NCBI GenBank assembly: GCA_905331295.1
Contig: CAJNYD010000333.1
Location: 124,001 to 188,000 of the forward strand
Reading direction: 5' to 3'
DNA length: 64,000 nt
Source of the DNA: Rotaria socialis
Taxonomy: Eukaryota
Below are positions 39,348 to 52,043 of this stretch, one piece after another. Made by a program: the position numbers and the translations under genes. How positions within the stretch are numbered: the stretch's first letter is position 1; every line of letters starts with the position of its first letter. The notes under the pieces are model-generated. The model searched no databases. It was not told the DNA's origin and was given only the letters and a program-made list of their open reading frames with translations.

Positions 39348-39589
39348 AGTGTTCTTGCTTGTATTGCCCGAAGAACTGGTCGATAATGAAGAAACTCTAT
39401 CGCATATATTTATAGGTATGCATTTCGAATGGAAAATATTTATACTTGCAAATTATTTATTCAACTGAAAATACTTGTTGTCGAGAGGCTAATACGCTAG
39501 GCCGTCTTACACCACGATTATAAACTGAAAGGGTGTGGGTATGGGTATTCTTTTGTAACTTCATAGATCTCTATATCGATGCACACACA

Positions 39590-40039
39590 CACACACAAAA
39601 TTCGGAGAATGATCAACCCTGAAAAAGGGTTTATAACTGCTAAATCCGTTTATGAATTGGATGTACCCTCTGATAAACCCCTTTTCCGTTTATAACTGTT
39701 CAAGGGTTTGTCACCCGTTACAAACCGATATACCCTTGTACTAGTTTCACTCTTGATAAACCCTTTTTCCATAGATCAACAGAATCAACCCTGAAATACA
39801 GAGTTTATCATCACCTTTAAGAAACGCACCTGTCAGGGTTGATTCTGTTGATCTATGGAAAAAGGGTTTATCAAGAGTGAAACTAGTACAAGGGTATATC
39901 GGTTTGTAACGGGTGAGAAACCCTTGAACAGTTATAAACGGAAAAGGGGTTTATCAGAGGGTACATCCAATTCATAAACGGATTTAGCAGTTATAAACCC
40001 TTTTTCAGGGTTGATCATTCTCCGGAATTTTTTTGTGTG
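39590..40039. mobile_element. Foldback MITE: ~200 bp near-perfect inverted arms, 38 bp spacer, inside a (CA)n tract
   Basis: Arm 1 ~39590-39794 is the reverse complement of arm 2 39833-40039 with very few differences; CACAC...GTGTG termini. Confidence 0.92.
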
Positions 40040-40111
40040 CACACACACACACACACACATTATAGTGAAGCAGATACAAGAATGTATATTATTAATGGCA
40101 AGTATTAATCA

Positions 40112-40748
40112 TTATTGAAAGAGTAGAGAATTTATCAGTTGCATGAGTTTGTCGTACACCTCTTGTTTGTAAGTAGTGTTGTTTGATTGATTATAAACTG
40201 CTAGATAGCGATTTCCATGGTTTTTTTCAATAAAGTGAAGAAGTGTTGTGTTGTCATCATTCAAATATTGATCGACAGCAGAGAATATTGAACTGCTAGA
40301 TTGTTCAACGTTATCAGCATAGGAAAGCACAGCGATACTTTTACTTTTGAGTGTAGCATTCCCGAAGATAGTAGTTAATTCTTTGTAAACCGACATCTCA
40401 TTTTGTTCATCTAGATCTCCACAAGGTAAGAAGACAAGTATAAAAATTACGTCGACTTTCTTTGAAACTCTATCCACTGTTTTCTGTATAGTCTCACGCA
40501 CCTTTGCATCGTTTGCGCATGTGCCAAATCCAGGCGTATCGACGATGGTTAACATCTTGACTTCACTCAATTGACATTCTTTTGTGACGCCATTAATTGC
40601 TCTTCCTGATTTAAATACTTTCTCACCGGCAACTAAGTTTCCAAACGAACTTTTTCCTAAAATAAATACTGTCTAAGGATAATTTTTTGGAATGATGCTG
40701 ACCTGTCTGAGTACGTCCAACCATGAAAAGAGCGATTTTAGTTGTTTG
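40112..40748 (-). CDS. AIG1/GIMAP-family GTPase (5' exon not located)
   Basis: VGRTQTG|KSSFGN split by phase-1 intron (~40702-40657), GVTKEC, IVDTPGF, RYLAVYN. Confidence 0.8.
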
Positions 40749-41340
40749 CTATTAAATGAAAAGTAGAAAAAATACAAAAATACTGGAAAAATACAGCACT
40801 TTAGAATATCTGTGTTAAGCTGAAAGCTTTAGTATTCTAAGGACTATGTGTGAGTACGTACAACGATGTCTGCGAACATCTGATAATCTTGCATTAGCTT
40901 GCCTCTTGACACTATACTCTTAGTAGGACATTAGTTGATTTGATTAGCATTCTTGAACAAATAGTTCTCGCTCGTTTTTGAGTTCAAAATAAATTCCGAC
41001 TAGAAATCGGCAATGCATGATAGAATCCTGCCGATTGTTCTCATTAGAATTCTAGATATTTGGTAATTAAATCGTTTAAGTTGATTTCAGCTGATTGATG
41101 TACAAGAAAATGATCATGCATAACTACGACAATCATTGCAAGTAGAATCCATTGGATCCAAGATAGGAGCCTAAGAAGGTCCACAAAGACCCTTGATATT
41201 CATAATTCTCACAGATTATTCTAGTAGATTGGTCAACCAGTGAACCGGATTGTGACTATGATCACTCAGTCTACACTAGGGATATACTAAATCTAATTCC
41301 TGGCTTTTATACATTCCTATGTGTAATAGCAGCCCTTTGC

Positions 41341-43071
41341 TCATCGTATATTTCTCTGGAAAATATTTCCTACGAATGAATCATAATTATGAAATTGTCT
41401 TACCTGATTCATTTTGTTACGTAAATCTTCGGAATTTTGAAGTGTGATTTTATAGCTAGAATGTGATTTGCCCAAGCGAGTCCTTTTGATGTCCAGTGAC
41501 AGCTTATAATAGTTCGCAGCGGTGTCAAACTCATTCATGCATTCATATACAACACCAATATTATTGTAACTGTGTGCGATATCCAGATGATCTTTTGGAA
41601 GTACGGTCTCACGAATCATGATTGCCTTCTTATGATTCTTCAGGGCTTCATTGTACATTTTCTGATCTCGATAATAAGTGCCTAAATTGTTATAACATGC
41701 TGCTGTATCTTCATGTCTGTCACCGTGCGCTTTAGTCATAATGTCCAACGCTTTCAGCATATATGCTAGACATTGATCTGTTTGTTGAGTTTCTCCGTAT
41801 ACGTTCGCAAGATTTCCATAAACTTTTCCGATCATAGGATTATCGTTAATCAGCGAGAAAGAAAATATATTTAGAGCAGCTTTGAAGTGAGTTAGAGCTT
41901 TTAGGTATTCTCGCATTTCGTCATACAACAGTCCTATATTGTTGTGTGCATACCCAAGCGGAAGTGCTTTGGGTGGTAAGAAAGTTTTCCTGTAGTTCAA
42001 AACTTTTGCAAAGCATTCGGTTGCTTTATCATAGTTCTCCTGATCAAGAGCGATAAATCCCAGCGCTGTGAGTCCTGTAGTATCGTCGGAATCCGATCGC
42101 TCACTATTAACTCGATCTAAGAAAGATTCCGCTTGATCTCGGTTTCCCATCTTGTAGAGTAGTTCACCTAATGAAGTTAGCGTTGTTTCGGAGCCCATTT
42201 GTGATTTCATATAATCAGAGAAATCTTTTAAACCATTTTCACGATCGTCGCACAGCTCTAGATATATTTTTGTGAGATTTGTTCGGTCGGAACTAGATTC
42301 AATTTTACTGAGTCGAAAGGCACATCCGCTCATAAATAGGACTTCTGATTCTTCACGGAACATAGAAAAACTCGAGACTTCTGCAAATGGTGGCGATTGA
42401 CAACTTGGATCAACAGTGATCTCAAACAAAACCGGAAAATAACCCTTATTAGGTTTCTTGGCACTAACGAAGGCTAATGCAATCTCGTAGGAAGCTGTGG
42501 TGGATAAAAAACTGTTCATTGAAATTGTTTGACCACAAGATTTTTTCAAAGCTGCGAGTTCATCTTCCGACAAGAATTGTCCTCTGTAAACTCTAAAGGG
42601 GCTTTTGTTTTCACTAGCCATTTCTTTATGTATCGACATCAGTTGCAAATAAATGTCGGTCAAAATTGAACGGAACGCATAGACTGCATCGAAATCTTCC
42701 GTCCGTAGTGCTTTGTTTAGAATACGATAGATACCACTCTCTCGTGTATACCAATAGATAGCTGAATCAGGCGTATAGTTCTCCTGGAAGTCTTTTATTA
42801 GCCCTTCTTCTGTTTTGCTTTCTTGACAGATTTCGTACCATAGTTTGATCATATCAAGCCTACTGTCCTGTGTGTGTTTCATGCGAAGCAAAGTTTCAAT
42901 CACCAATTGAAACCATACATGTGACGCGTTGTCTGTTGATAAATTCTTATGCGTCTTGCCCTTATCAAAAATGCATATGTTAAGCGCATCTTCGTCGGTT
43001 CTATAGTCGAAACCTCGCATTTCACAGATCTTTGCCAATAGATCCATCCACTCGTAAAAGAAACCAACAAC
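41341..43071 (-). CDS. ADP-ribosyltransferase (R-S-E clade) plus TPR-repeat protein; large 3' exon, upstream exons likely
   Basis: AIYWYTRES..YRILNKALR, VYRGQ, SFLSTT, EESEVLF, then ~6 TPRs (AACYNNLG, AHSYNNIG); frame extends 5' of the ATG to an AG acceptor (VVGFFYEWMD). Confidence 0.9.
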   Translation of the reverse strand, partial: VVGFFYEWMDLLAKICEMRGFDYRTDEDALNICIFDKGKTHKNLSTDNASHVWFQLVIETLLRMKHTQDSRLDMIKLWYEICQESKTEEGLIKDFQENYTPDSAIYWYTRESGIYRILNKALRTEDFDAVYAFRSILTDIYLQLMSIHKEMASENKSPFRVYRGQFLSEDELAALKKSCGQTISMNSFLSTTASYEIALAFVSAKKPNKGYFPVLFEITVDPSCQSPPFAEVSSFSMFREESEVLFMSGCAFRLSKIESSSDRTNLTKIYLELCDDRENGLKDFSDYMKSQMGSETTLTSLGELLYKMGNRDQAESFLDRVNSERSDSDDTTGLTALGFIALDQENYDKATECFAKVLNYRKTFLPPKALPLGYAHNNIGLLYDEMREYLKALTHFKAALNIFSFSLINDNPMIGKVYGNLANVYGETQQTDQCLAYMLKALDIMTKAHGDRHEDTAACYNNLGTYYRDQKMYNEALKNHKKAIMIRETVLPKDHLDIAHSYNNIGVVYECMNEFDTAANYYKLSLDIKRTRLGKSHSSYKITLQNSEDLRNKMNQVRQFHNYDSFVGNIFQRNIR

Positions 43072-44015
43072 CTATCAACAGAGACATTATACAATTCACA
43101 AAATGCAAATAATAGCACAGCACTAATGACCGCAAACTGACGAGATAAAGTTACAAGCTGTGCAACTGCTTCTTTCATCAAAACTATATGTATTGTTGTA
43201 CTTCCCACGCTAGGCGATAGTGTCTAGAACAGTTCTTAGTATGCTAAGAAACGTTTAGAAATGTTTCCTGGTTGCTTGAGACTGCAATAAGAATATCATC
43301 GTCGAATTTTCTACGTGTTGCTGTAAGGTTTATTTTCTTATCGGTTGACTATTGTACCCCTTTATTGAAGCAAACACTCCAACGATATANAATCAGGCGT
43401 ATAGTTCTCCTGGAAGTCTTTTATTAGCCCTTCTTCTGTTTTGCTTTCTTGACAGATTTCCTTCCATAGTTTGATCATATCAAGCCTACTGTCCTGTGTG
43501 TGTTTCATGCGAAGCAAAGTTTCAATCACCAATTGAAACCATACGTGTGACGCGTTGTCTGTTGATAAATTCTTATGCGTCTTGCCCTTATCAAAAATGC
43601 ATATATTAAGTGCATCTTCGTCGGTTCCATAGTCGAAACCTCGCATTTCACAGATCTTTGCCAATAGATCCATCCATTCGTAAAAGAAACCAACAACCTA
43701 TCAACAGAGACATTATGCAATTCACAAAATGCAAATAATAGCACAGCACTAATGACCGCAAATTGACGAGATAAAGTTACAAGCTGTGTAACTGCTTCTT
43801 TCATCAAAACTATATGTATTGTTGTACTTCCCACACTAGGCGAGAGTGTCTAGAACAGTTCTTAGGATGCTAAGAAACGTTTAGGAATGTTTCCTGATTG
43901 CTTGAGACTGCTTTAAGAATATCATCGTCGAATTTTCTACGTGTTGCTGTAAGGTTTATTTTCTTATCGGTTGACTATTGTACCCCTTTATTGAAGAAAA
44001 CACTCCAACGATATA
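42766..44015. repeat. ~625 bp tandem duplication joined at a single N (43390); probable allelic/assembly duplication
   Basis: 42766-43389 and 43391-44015 nearly identical with scattered SNPs (YRTD/YGTD, WYEIC/WKEIC). Confidence 0.85.
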
Positions 44016-46942
44016 TACTATATGAAAACTCAGATAGAGAGAGAGAGAGAGAGAGAGTTAGTACACAGAACAATATATGTTCCTTCGACCTATGACACGA
44101 GACATAAAGGGAAAACTGCATAGAAGAATAGAAGTGATGATATGACCTCACGAAAGGTGAAGATCATCACAGTTGCTTAGCTTCTCCAGGGATTCGAGAT
44201 TATATCTCTCTGGATGTTTTGCAGCTCATTGGCAAGTGTGGAAATCTTTCTAGAGACTTTTTTTGTGATATTGTACCATGGATGGGTTAAAAATGTTGCA
44301 CTGCTAGTTTATCACTAAGAAAATACAGCATTCGTACAATAGTATATTTTTATCAGCATCATGACCTTCTCAGAAGCATAAAAAGGGCTGCTTTTCAAAT
44401 TTCGACTAGAATCTGTACATAATCATTGGCTCTGACAACAAGATTTCCGGGCATGAGATTGCTTGAATTGACCTAGTTGAGATTTAGATATGGGTCTACA
44501 TCAATGTGTTAATAATAGGCACACTCAAAGTCGCTCGCCATATTGGCGCATTCACCATCGTTTATACGATGGCACTTTGCTTTGTTTGGTGCATATAGAC
44601 CAACAGTTCAGAGATTGCTTAGCTCCTATCTGCCGTCACCTCATTTTCCCACTCCATCAAGAATAAATCTACCTATCTAGATCCAGAAACATAGAAATAA
44701 TGAAAATTTTTGAAAATCGTAGATTTTAGAATCGTGGCGTACAATCTCATCTATACTCATAATTGCACTTCCAACCCTCCTGAAATAATAAAAGACTTTA
44801 CAATTAATGTAATTCATTCAAAAATTTAGTTCCTGGTAATGAGTAGCATTTTACACTAGAGGAGAAGATATTAGGGGTGTACAACTCACGCTCACGCTCA
44901 TATAAACGCTCATGAGCGTGAGCGTTTATTTGGCATAGAATACGCGATCGCTTCTGACCATTTTTATCTAGTCTATTCCTCGAAAAACGATATTCATACT
45001 TTTTGTGCCTGGGTCCCCCTCAGGTATGATGAATACAATTTCTTTTGTTAACGAGCCAAAATCGTAAGAGCTTGAAGAGTTATGAGTGCCGATGGCGAAT
45101 ATCATCGTGAGAGCTCTCAAAAAGCGTTTATTTGTGAAATAGCTCTAATCACTATTTGCACCGCTTTCCTGATTATTTGAGTCTCCTAGCAGAATTATTC
45201 ACTCAAACTCAGCGAAAAACAACTTTTTTAACTCAAAATTTTGCGTTCTATGCGAATCTAAATTTTTCACAATCGTAAACTGTAACATTTACAAAGAAAC
45301 TAGCGATCCCCCAGCAGAAATTAGTATTTTCTCTAACATATCGAATTTTGTGCCTATGACAGTTTGTGAAGTCAGTTCTATCGCAACGTAAGATGCGAAC
45401 CATCAGTGTAATTTTTCAAGGTCTTTCGATTAGTAGTTGCAAAAAGGTAGAAGAACAGATATAACAAGCTGAAAAGTAAAAAATATAGAAAGCGTTTGCC
45501 ATCGTCAAAACAAATATGGTCGAAAAAAAGTTCACCTATAATAAATATTACTGAATTAGAGAGCATCAATATAAACATTCGAATTTTTTGTAAATGATCT
45601 TTTTGATAATCTTTGGTTCGAGGATCTTTATCTAAATGGTGTGAATATCGCGGAATAGCACGCTCGACGGAATACATTTAACTCAGACATATCTATGGTG
45701 GGTTTGGGTATATTGGTATAGTTTTCAGCGTCAAAGTAGTGCTTTGAAAACAAGATGAGCGCACGAAATGCTCGATTTTCTATCCTCTCTTGATAGCATA
45801 TTTGAGAGACAAAGCAAGAGGGTATCACTACGTGAAATGTTGAAACTTGTGATATTATTTTCAGTTTGCATTATATTTATCTACGTTTTTGTTAGTTTGA
45901 AAGTGAGGAGAAACATGACAGAGTTTCGAGTTGACAAAGTAATCATTTCTTTGTAGTTTTCTGTCAGTAGGAAGCCTTATTCACGCAGAAAGAGCGTGTG
46001 AGTGCATGAATTATATTAGGATATGACATCATATAATTATATACCTGATAAAAACTAAGGTACCTTCTTGCTTAGCCCCAATTAGTTAGCACTTCAAACT
46101 ATGAGCCTATGTGATAGTCATCACTATTGTTATTTTTTGCTTGTCTCTCTTGCATCTCATATATGACTAATGTCTTGGGAATTCACTGGCAGTCAACTGA
46201 TCAATGGGACATCGCTAGCATTTTACAGAATATACGAAAATTTTATCAGAAACTGGAACTAAACTTGCTTTCAGCCTACCATACATATAAAATTATTAGG
46301 ATCATTATTCTTTGGAGAAGAGGATAATGGGGAAAACAATGAACATAAAGATATATTTTATGTATGCGATTTGAAGTAGCTATGTAACTGCATCAGAACG
46401 AGACAGATTTACAATTCATGTCAATATAAAACATTCACGCCCAGATATTTTTAATTTTAGGGAAAATATTAGGTATTTCTTTTAATTCAAACTATCCTTT
46501 TAATGGTTGGGGAAAGAGACATAATTCATACATCGCAGTGCCCTGAAAAATCCAGAGGGGGACGTCCTTTGCAAATAATTGTTTTCGCTGGAATCCTGAC
46601 AAGCGCTGCGATGTATGGACACAACCCAATGTCGAATATGATTTGATGAAATTGAACGAGGCCTCTTATGATATCTCCATGCTTTTCTTCATCATTTACA
46701 ATCTCACATTTGCTTCACCTTTTGCTCGCAATCAAACATCAGCTACAGATAACTTCTTGCAATCCTCAAATTTATTCCGTTGGCAATATGATATTTTCTT
46801 TTCCAAATCCACTATACAAGAGCCTAAATAATGTTTTTTGCACCTACGTGTTTTCTAAGAGCAATTTACCACTGACTCACCATAGAAACTATATCAGAGA
46901 GTAGCTGTCTAATTCGAGTTCGAATATAAATGGAGAAGAGAA

Positions 46943-46994
46943 AAAGTTAAACTAAAACTAAATCTAGGAATAGATTTAGTTTTAGTTTAACTTT
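46943..46994. repeat. Perfect 24 bp hairpin with GGAA loop, part of a dispersed repeat also seen near positions 1-105
   Basis: aaagttaaactaaaactaaatcta-ggaa-tagatttagttttagtttaacttt; adjacent ttcgagttcgaatataaatgga resembles the reverse complement of 73-98. Confidence 0.75.
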
Positions 46995-47021
46995 CCGATA
47001 TATGCGACATATGAATACATA

Positions 47022-47927
47022 CAGGTGGGGCAAAAAATTCTGGGACACTGAAGAATTTAGTCCTATTGTTCAAAATCTCATTCGAATAAAATTTTGGTGC
47101 GTATAACGAAAGTATTATTCGTTAAGCTTTCAGACTAAACGACATAATCTTGAAACTTTGTTTCGAATAGGAAAAAGCAAATAAAACAAAAATCGTCCAG
47201 CGGCAAAAAGGCCTGGGACATTGTCGCTAGCTACAAATGTTGGTCTGATATCTCAGTCATTTTAAGACATATGAGACTGAAACTTTGTGAACACATATCG
47301 CATGATCGGCATGAATCATTAATATGAATCCGCGCTATAGATATTTAGTTGGCCAGGAGTTATAACGCATAGTAGCTTATATTATTGCACCTCTTGTAAC
47401 TTCAGAACCGGAGATTATTAAGAGCCGGAAAATCAACCGTTATGTAGCCCTAGTATGTACCTATCCACGAAAGAAATGTTAAAAAGGTTGATTGAAAAAT
47501 TTACAAAATGCGATTATACTTTTTGTATAAACGATTTTGAATGAAACAACTTTTCGAAACAAATACGAAAGAGATTACAACAAACTAACGTGAAATTCTC
47601 ACAGAATATAGGGTAACGCCATAGTAGTCTTTCTTCCAGTTTGCAAGAAGAAAATACTTCATAAAAGGAAAAAGCAACTTCGAATATCATAGTTCAATTG
47701 AGTCCTGCGATGCAAGGTTTCGATGGTTAATTTCAAATTACAAGTTAATGCTGAGTAACTTCTGTTCTTTTTGTTTTTTATATCAAGAACAAAAGTTCCA
47801 CAACTGTGACTGGTAATTTAGAAGTTAATCAATAATAATGTTTGTTATATGTGCGAACTTTATGTCGATAGGATACTGAAAACTGAGATCCCATTTTTCA
47901 ATGTCCCAGAACTTTTTGCCGGACCTG
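47022..47927. mobile_element. Non-autonomous Tc1/mariner-like element
   Basis: TA then caggtggggcaaaaaattctgggacactgaa; right end reverse complement caggtccggcaaaaagttctgggacattgaa; inner copy of the motif at ~47202. Confidence 0.8.
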
Positions 47928-50900
47928 TTCATGAGTTTTTCTTCTGAAATTACAGAGAAACTAACTTGAAATTAACGTCAAATAGATTGTTTCAGAAAGA
48001 GCCCGTGCAACGGAGGAAAGCAAGTCCAAGATCAGAAGTAAACTGAATCAGACTATAATGATTCAATTTGAGTCTAGTCTGATCGGGTGAAACCTAACCC
48101 AATGATGCTTGATTTCGGTCGCTCTCAGATCATGGTAGTCGATACCAATCAATCAATAATGGTTTTCTTTCAGTAAAAGTTGTCCTATTATACTGCGTAT
48201 TTAACTCAACCAAGAGTAATAGACAAGTTAAACAGATTTCATTGATATTAGAAGCTAAATACTTCGATTACTACTTAAAATGACTTGTCTCTTACATATT
48301 CCATTTAAGATTATGAATGCTCTATTAGTTTGCTAGTTTGAACTCTTACTTTAGAAAATCCAGATTTTAGACGTTCCCTGCCGTGCTGTATTTTCTTAGA
48401 TTCTTCGATAATATAAACATATACGCGTTGGACTTGTGGAAGGTCATGAAGTCGAACGTCGACGGTTTGTCGACCTAGAAATAAACAGAAATAGCTAGAA
48501 ATCAAAGGAAGACGACCTATCTTCGTACTCGTAGACACAATAAAATCGCATTGCATACGATTTGAAATGCATCCAAGAGTTGTTTAAAAAGAGAAATAAC
48601 GTGCGAATTGTTCGAAGGAGCTTTTGAATGACTGCTGAGAAAATATATCAGCAGTAGACAACGATTCGATCGGTGAGGAAAATGCTCATTATCAGCGGAA
48701 AAATGACGTCCGAGTCAAAAAATGCTATTTTGAGTACAAGAATATATATCGAAGGAGTAACATATCGAAACAACTGTTTATTCTATAATTATAAAATCAA
48801 ACACGAGAGAAGAAAAATTTTGAAAAATTTTGAAAAATGATAGAAAATTGCTTTAATCAATCAAACAGAAAAACAATTTTCATAAATATGAATAAAATTA
48901 GAGAAAAAGAGAAAAGGTGACGCTTCCATCATTTTATTTGTCTATCTATCGAGATATATACATGTATGCATATATATAAGCAGTGATGGCCGATAAATGA
49001 AAAAGTAGAGGAAAAATGGTTTACCTAAGAGGATAAATGCGTTGTTTGATAAAGAAAAATACTTCGCATTAATAAAAAAAAAATGCTTAGCTACGAAAAA
49101 CTGTGTCGCACTAATCAAATGATTATCTATATTTGTATAACATCAACTGATCATTGTGAGTAGCATTTTTCTTCAATGCGCTGCATATTTCCATTGTTCG
49201 AAAAGCGTTTTTCTAATTCATTTATTCATCTTTCCTGTAAGTTTTCATTTTTCCTTCAAAAAGGATAGAATCATTAAGTGAATCATAAAGCAGTCACTGT
49301 TAATAGCATTCTTCTTTCATATCCAGAATGTTGTCGGTCGACTGCTATACTTTTGCCCGTCATGTAAGCTTTCGTTTCTATGGGAAGAGCATTTTGGGCT
49401 GGGAAGGCACTGCTCTCGTTGATATGCTCATTTTTGTCACCGATGAATTCAATGTCCAACCCTCAAATATGTACGATAGAGGTTCGAAAAAACAGGATTC
49501 ATACAATATATTTACAGGGCAATTTAACAAAAGAACTTTTTGTCCATAGAAATACAAATAGTACTATAGAAAAGTAGCACGAATATCGGTATCAAATCAT
49601 CTAGAACTTTCGCATATATGTAAGAAACGTGCATGAACACGAAGGAACCGAGGAATCACTCACGGAAAATATTTCTACCGACAATAATAATTTATGCGAT
49701 CATAAAATATTTTTTAAGAATCTAACATTTTGATCTATTTTGACAGGTGGGCATAGTGGTAGACCATTGTATTTAATGAAGCCTATTTTAATGAATTTAT
49801 TTCTTCAAACGAAAACTTTAACGCTTAATGTTACAAGCTAATACATAATATTGAACTTAATTTTTAATTAATGTGAAGGATTTACTACTGGGTGGCACTT
49901 ATATTGAAAACCAAGCACTTCGGTTTAATTCTGCGCCGATCAACGGGTTTTTTTCTAGTTTATCTGATACTCTGTAAATCAATACAATGCTAAAATGTCA
50001 CTGTCTTTACGTGAGAAAAAAAACTAATCAAGGTTAGTTCTGTTAACGAGGTAACAATTAGTTTCACAAATAGATTAGCAAATAGGCTCAATGAAACTCT
50101 CGTTATCAACAGTGAATCATTATCTCAATATGCAGCGAGTTATCAAGGTTACTCATAACAGTGCACTGTAAAGTAATATTCATTTAAAGTATCCGTATTT
50201 TATGGGTATATACGCATTTCCTGATAGATCGACGTATCACGAATGATCAGTTTATTACCGATATACCGATTGCACTGATACATTCTAAAGTTTTACATAA
50301 CGATATCGATGCCGTCCGTGAAAAAGCTAGATCAGTTCAATTTAGAACTATTGAATTATACAATCCCGGCAAGTGTAGCTCTGTTTCGTGTTGTTAAAAT
50401 GATTCAAGCACAAATAAAATTACGAACTCAATATTTTACTAACGCTGATTAATATCATAATATTAACGTTGTCTCTCGTGCTCATAGAAATATAATTCCT
50501 AGTCCTTCTCACTCAACTAACTATGTTACTATACAAATACTTCGTGAAATGCACCTGATCAACTATGATGACATTTACTAAATATCAATAATAGTCGACA
50601 TCAGCAGTTAGAATCACCCACAAAGTCACGATCTAAGCTTGTCTATGTCTACAAAGTAAGATCTATACTTTTATTTCTGTTTTAGCATTTTGGAATAGCA
50701 TCTATAGAGTGAACTTGGTGAGTTCAGCATACTACAATAATACCTGCCTACACTTATTCGAACTTCAAAGAGTTAGTCGTTTCCGATTGAAACAACTTAT
50801 TGGATGGAATTGATTTTAAAGCCTCCTCAACCTCATCTCTTAAAAGGCAACATAAACGCATCGATATAAGCATCTTTAATTCTAGAGGCCCTTAGGTTCT

Positions 50901-51557
50901 TGTTCCTTCGCAATAAAAAGAGACATGTTTATGCAAGATTCAGTGCTATGCAATTTTGAAGCCCATAGGCTCTCTAGAGCTAATATAAAAAAGTTTAGCG
51001 CCTATTCACCAATAAGGAATCACCTGTCAGATCTGATCATCTATTTATTGTTAACGGTTACAACGCTAACATTTGTTGCGCTGCAAAACGAGAAAGAACA
51101 CAGTAGGAATTATTTATTGTATCATAGTTTATCATGGCGAGTACGCATTAAAAAAGGCATCGCATAAATGTTTGAAGTGTATATCAAGATGCAAATAGAT
51201 ATTTTGGAATACTTGCGTATGATTAATCGATTTTGGAATTGGTTGTTGTTGGTTCACTTGTAACAATAGTTACAGATGCTTTAGTATGTAAATATAATGT
51301 ATTCGTATAATTAATTCATTATGAGGAACTGATAAGCGTGCGTCTAGTTAATACAGTACTATTTTATCCGCTGAAATAACGCTTGACGCAGAAATTATGA
51401 ATCTATGGTTAATGTTTATAATTTATTGTACTCTTAGAAATAACACTGTACTGTATTTCATGAGTACACAAATTTCACACAGTCCATAGATCCGAGTTGG
51501 AATGCATCAATCCCTCGGAATATCGAAATACGAAATTACCTTGCTTCCCTCTTATAA

Positions 51558-52043
51558 TTAACTAATAATTAAAACGGGCGTCTTCATACCTGATTTAATG
51601 CTGCATTTTTCTTGCAGAAAAGCCTCGAAATATTCCAACGAAATAATCAAACAGAATTGTTTTTCATCCGAATTAAGAATATGCTCTTTACATTGAGCAG
51701 GCTTTTCAAAAGCATCAATATGCGGGAAATTAATCTTCAATCTTTCCAAAGTATTTCTTGCGGCCGTCGAGTGCACTTTTTTATCGAGCCACACAATTGG
51801 CATCCTGTATTTGACAGTGTCTGATTCTGGAGTAGTAGCATCAAGAATTTCAGGAGCACCAGAACGGCGAGTATTATCTTGCCGCCGAGAAGTATTTCGA
51901 ATAGTGGATAATGTTCTATTTTCATTCGGATCTGATGACTGATGCTTGGCACGACCTTGAGAATCTCCACGTTTGCGCTCATCCTGTGAGCGACTACTAT
52001 TGTTGTTTCTAATTGAAGACGGTCGATTGCGTGAAGCCATCAT
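51558..52043 (-). CDS. Probable N-terminal exon (low-complexity region + receiver-like alpha/beta domain) of an ART-TPR-type gene
   Basis: IVWLD...LERL...IDAFEKPAQCKEHI....KQFCLIIS pattern; donor-like G|GTATGA near 51590; same strand as and upstream of ART-TPR. Confidence 0.55.
   Translation of the reverse strand: MMASRNRPSSIRNNNSSRSQDERKRGDSQGRAKHQSSDPNENRTLSTIRNTSRRQDNTRRSGAPEILDATTPESDTVKYRMPIVWLDKKVHSTAARNTLERLKINFPHIDAFEKPAQCKEHILNSDEKQFCLIISLEYFEAFLQEKCSIKSGMKTPVLIIS

Noticed and set aside
43362..43673. Second ART-TPR gene copy
   Set aside because: Ends exactly at a single N; better explained as an assembly/haplotype duplication
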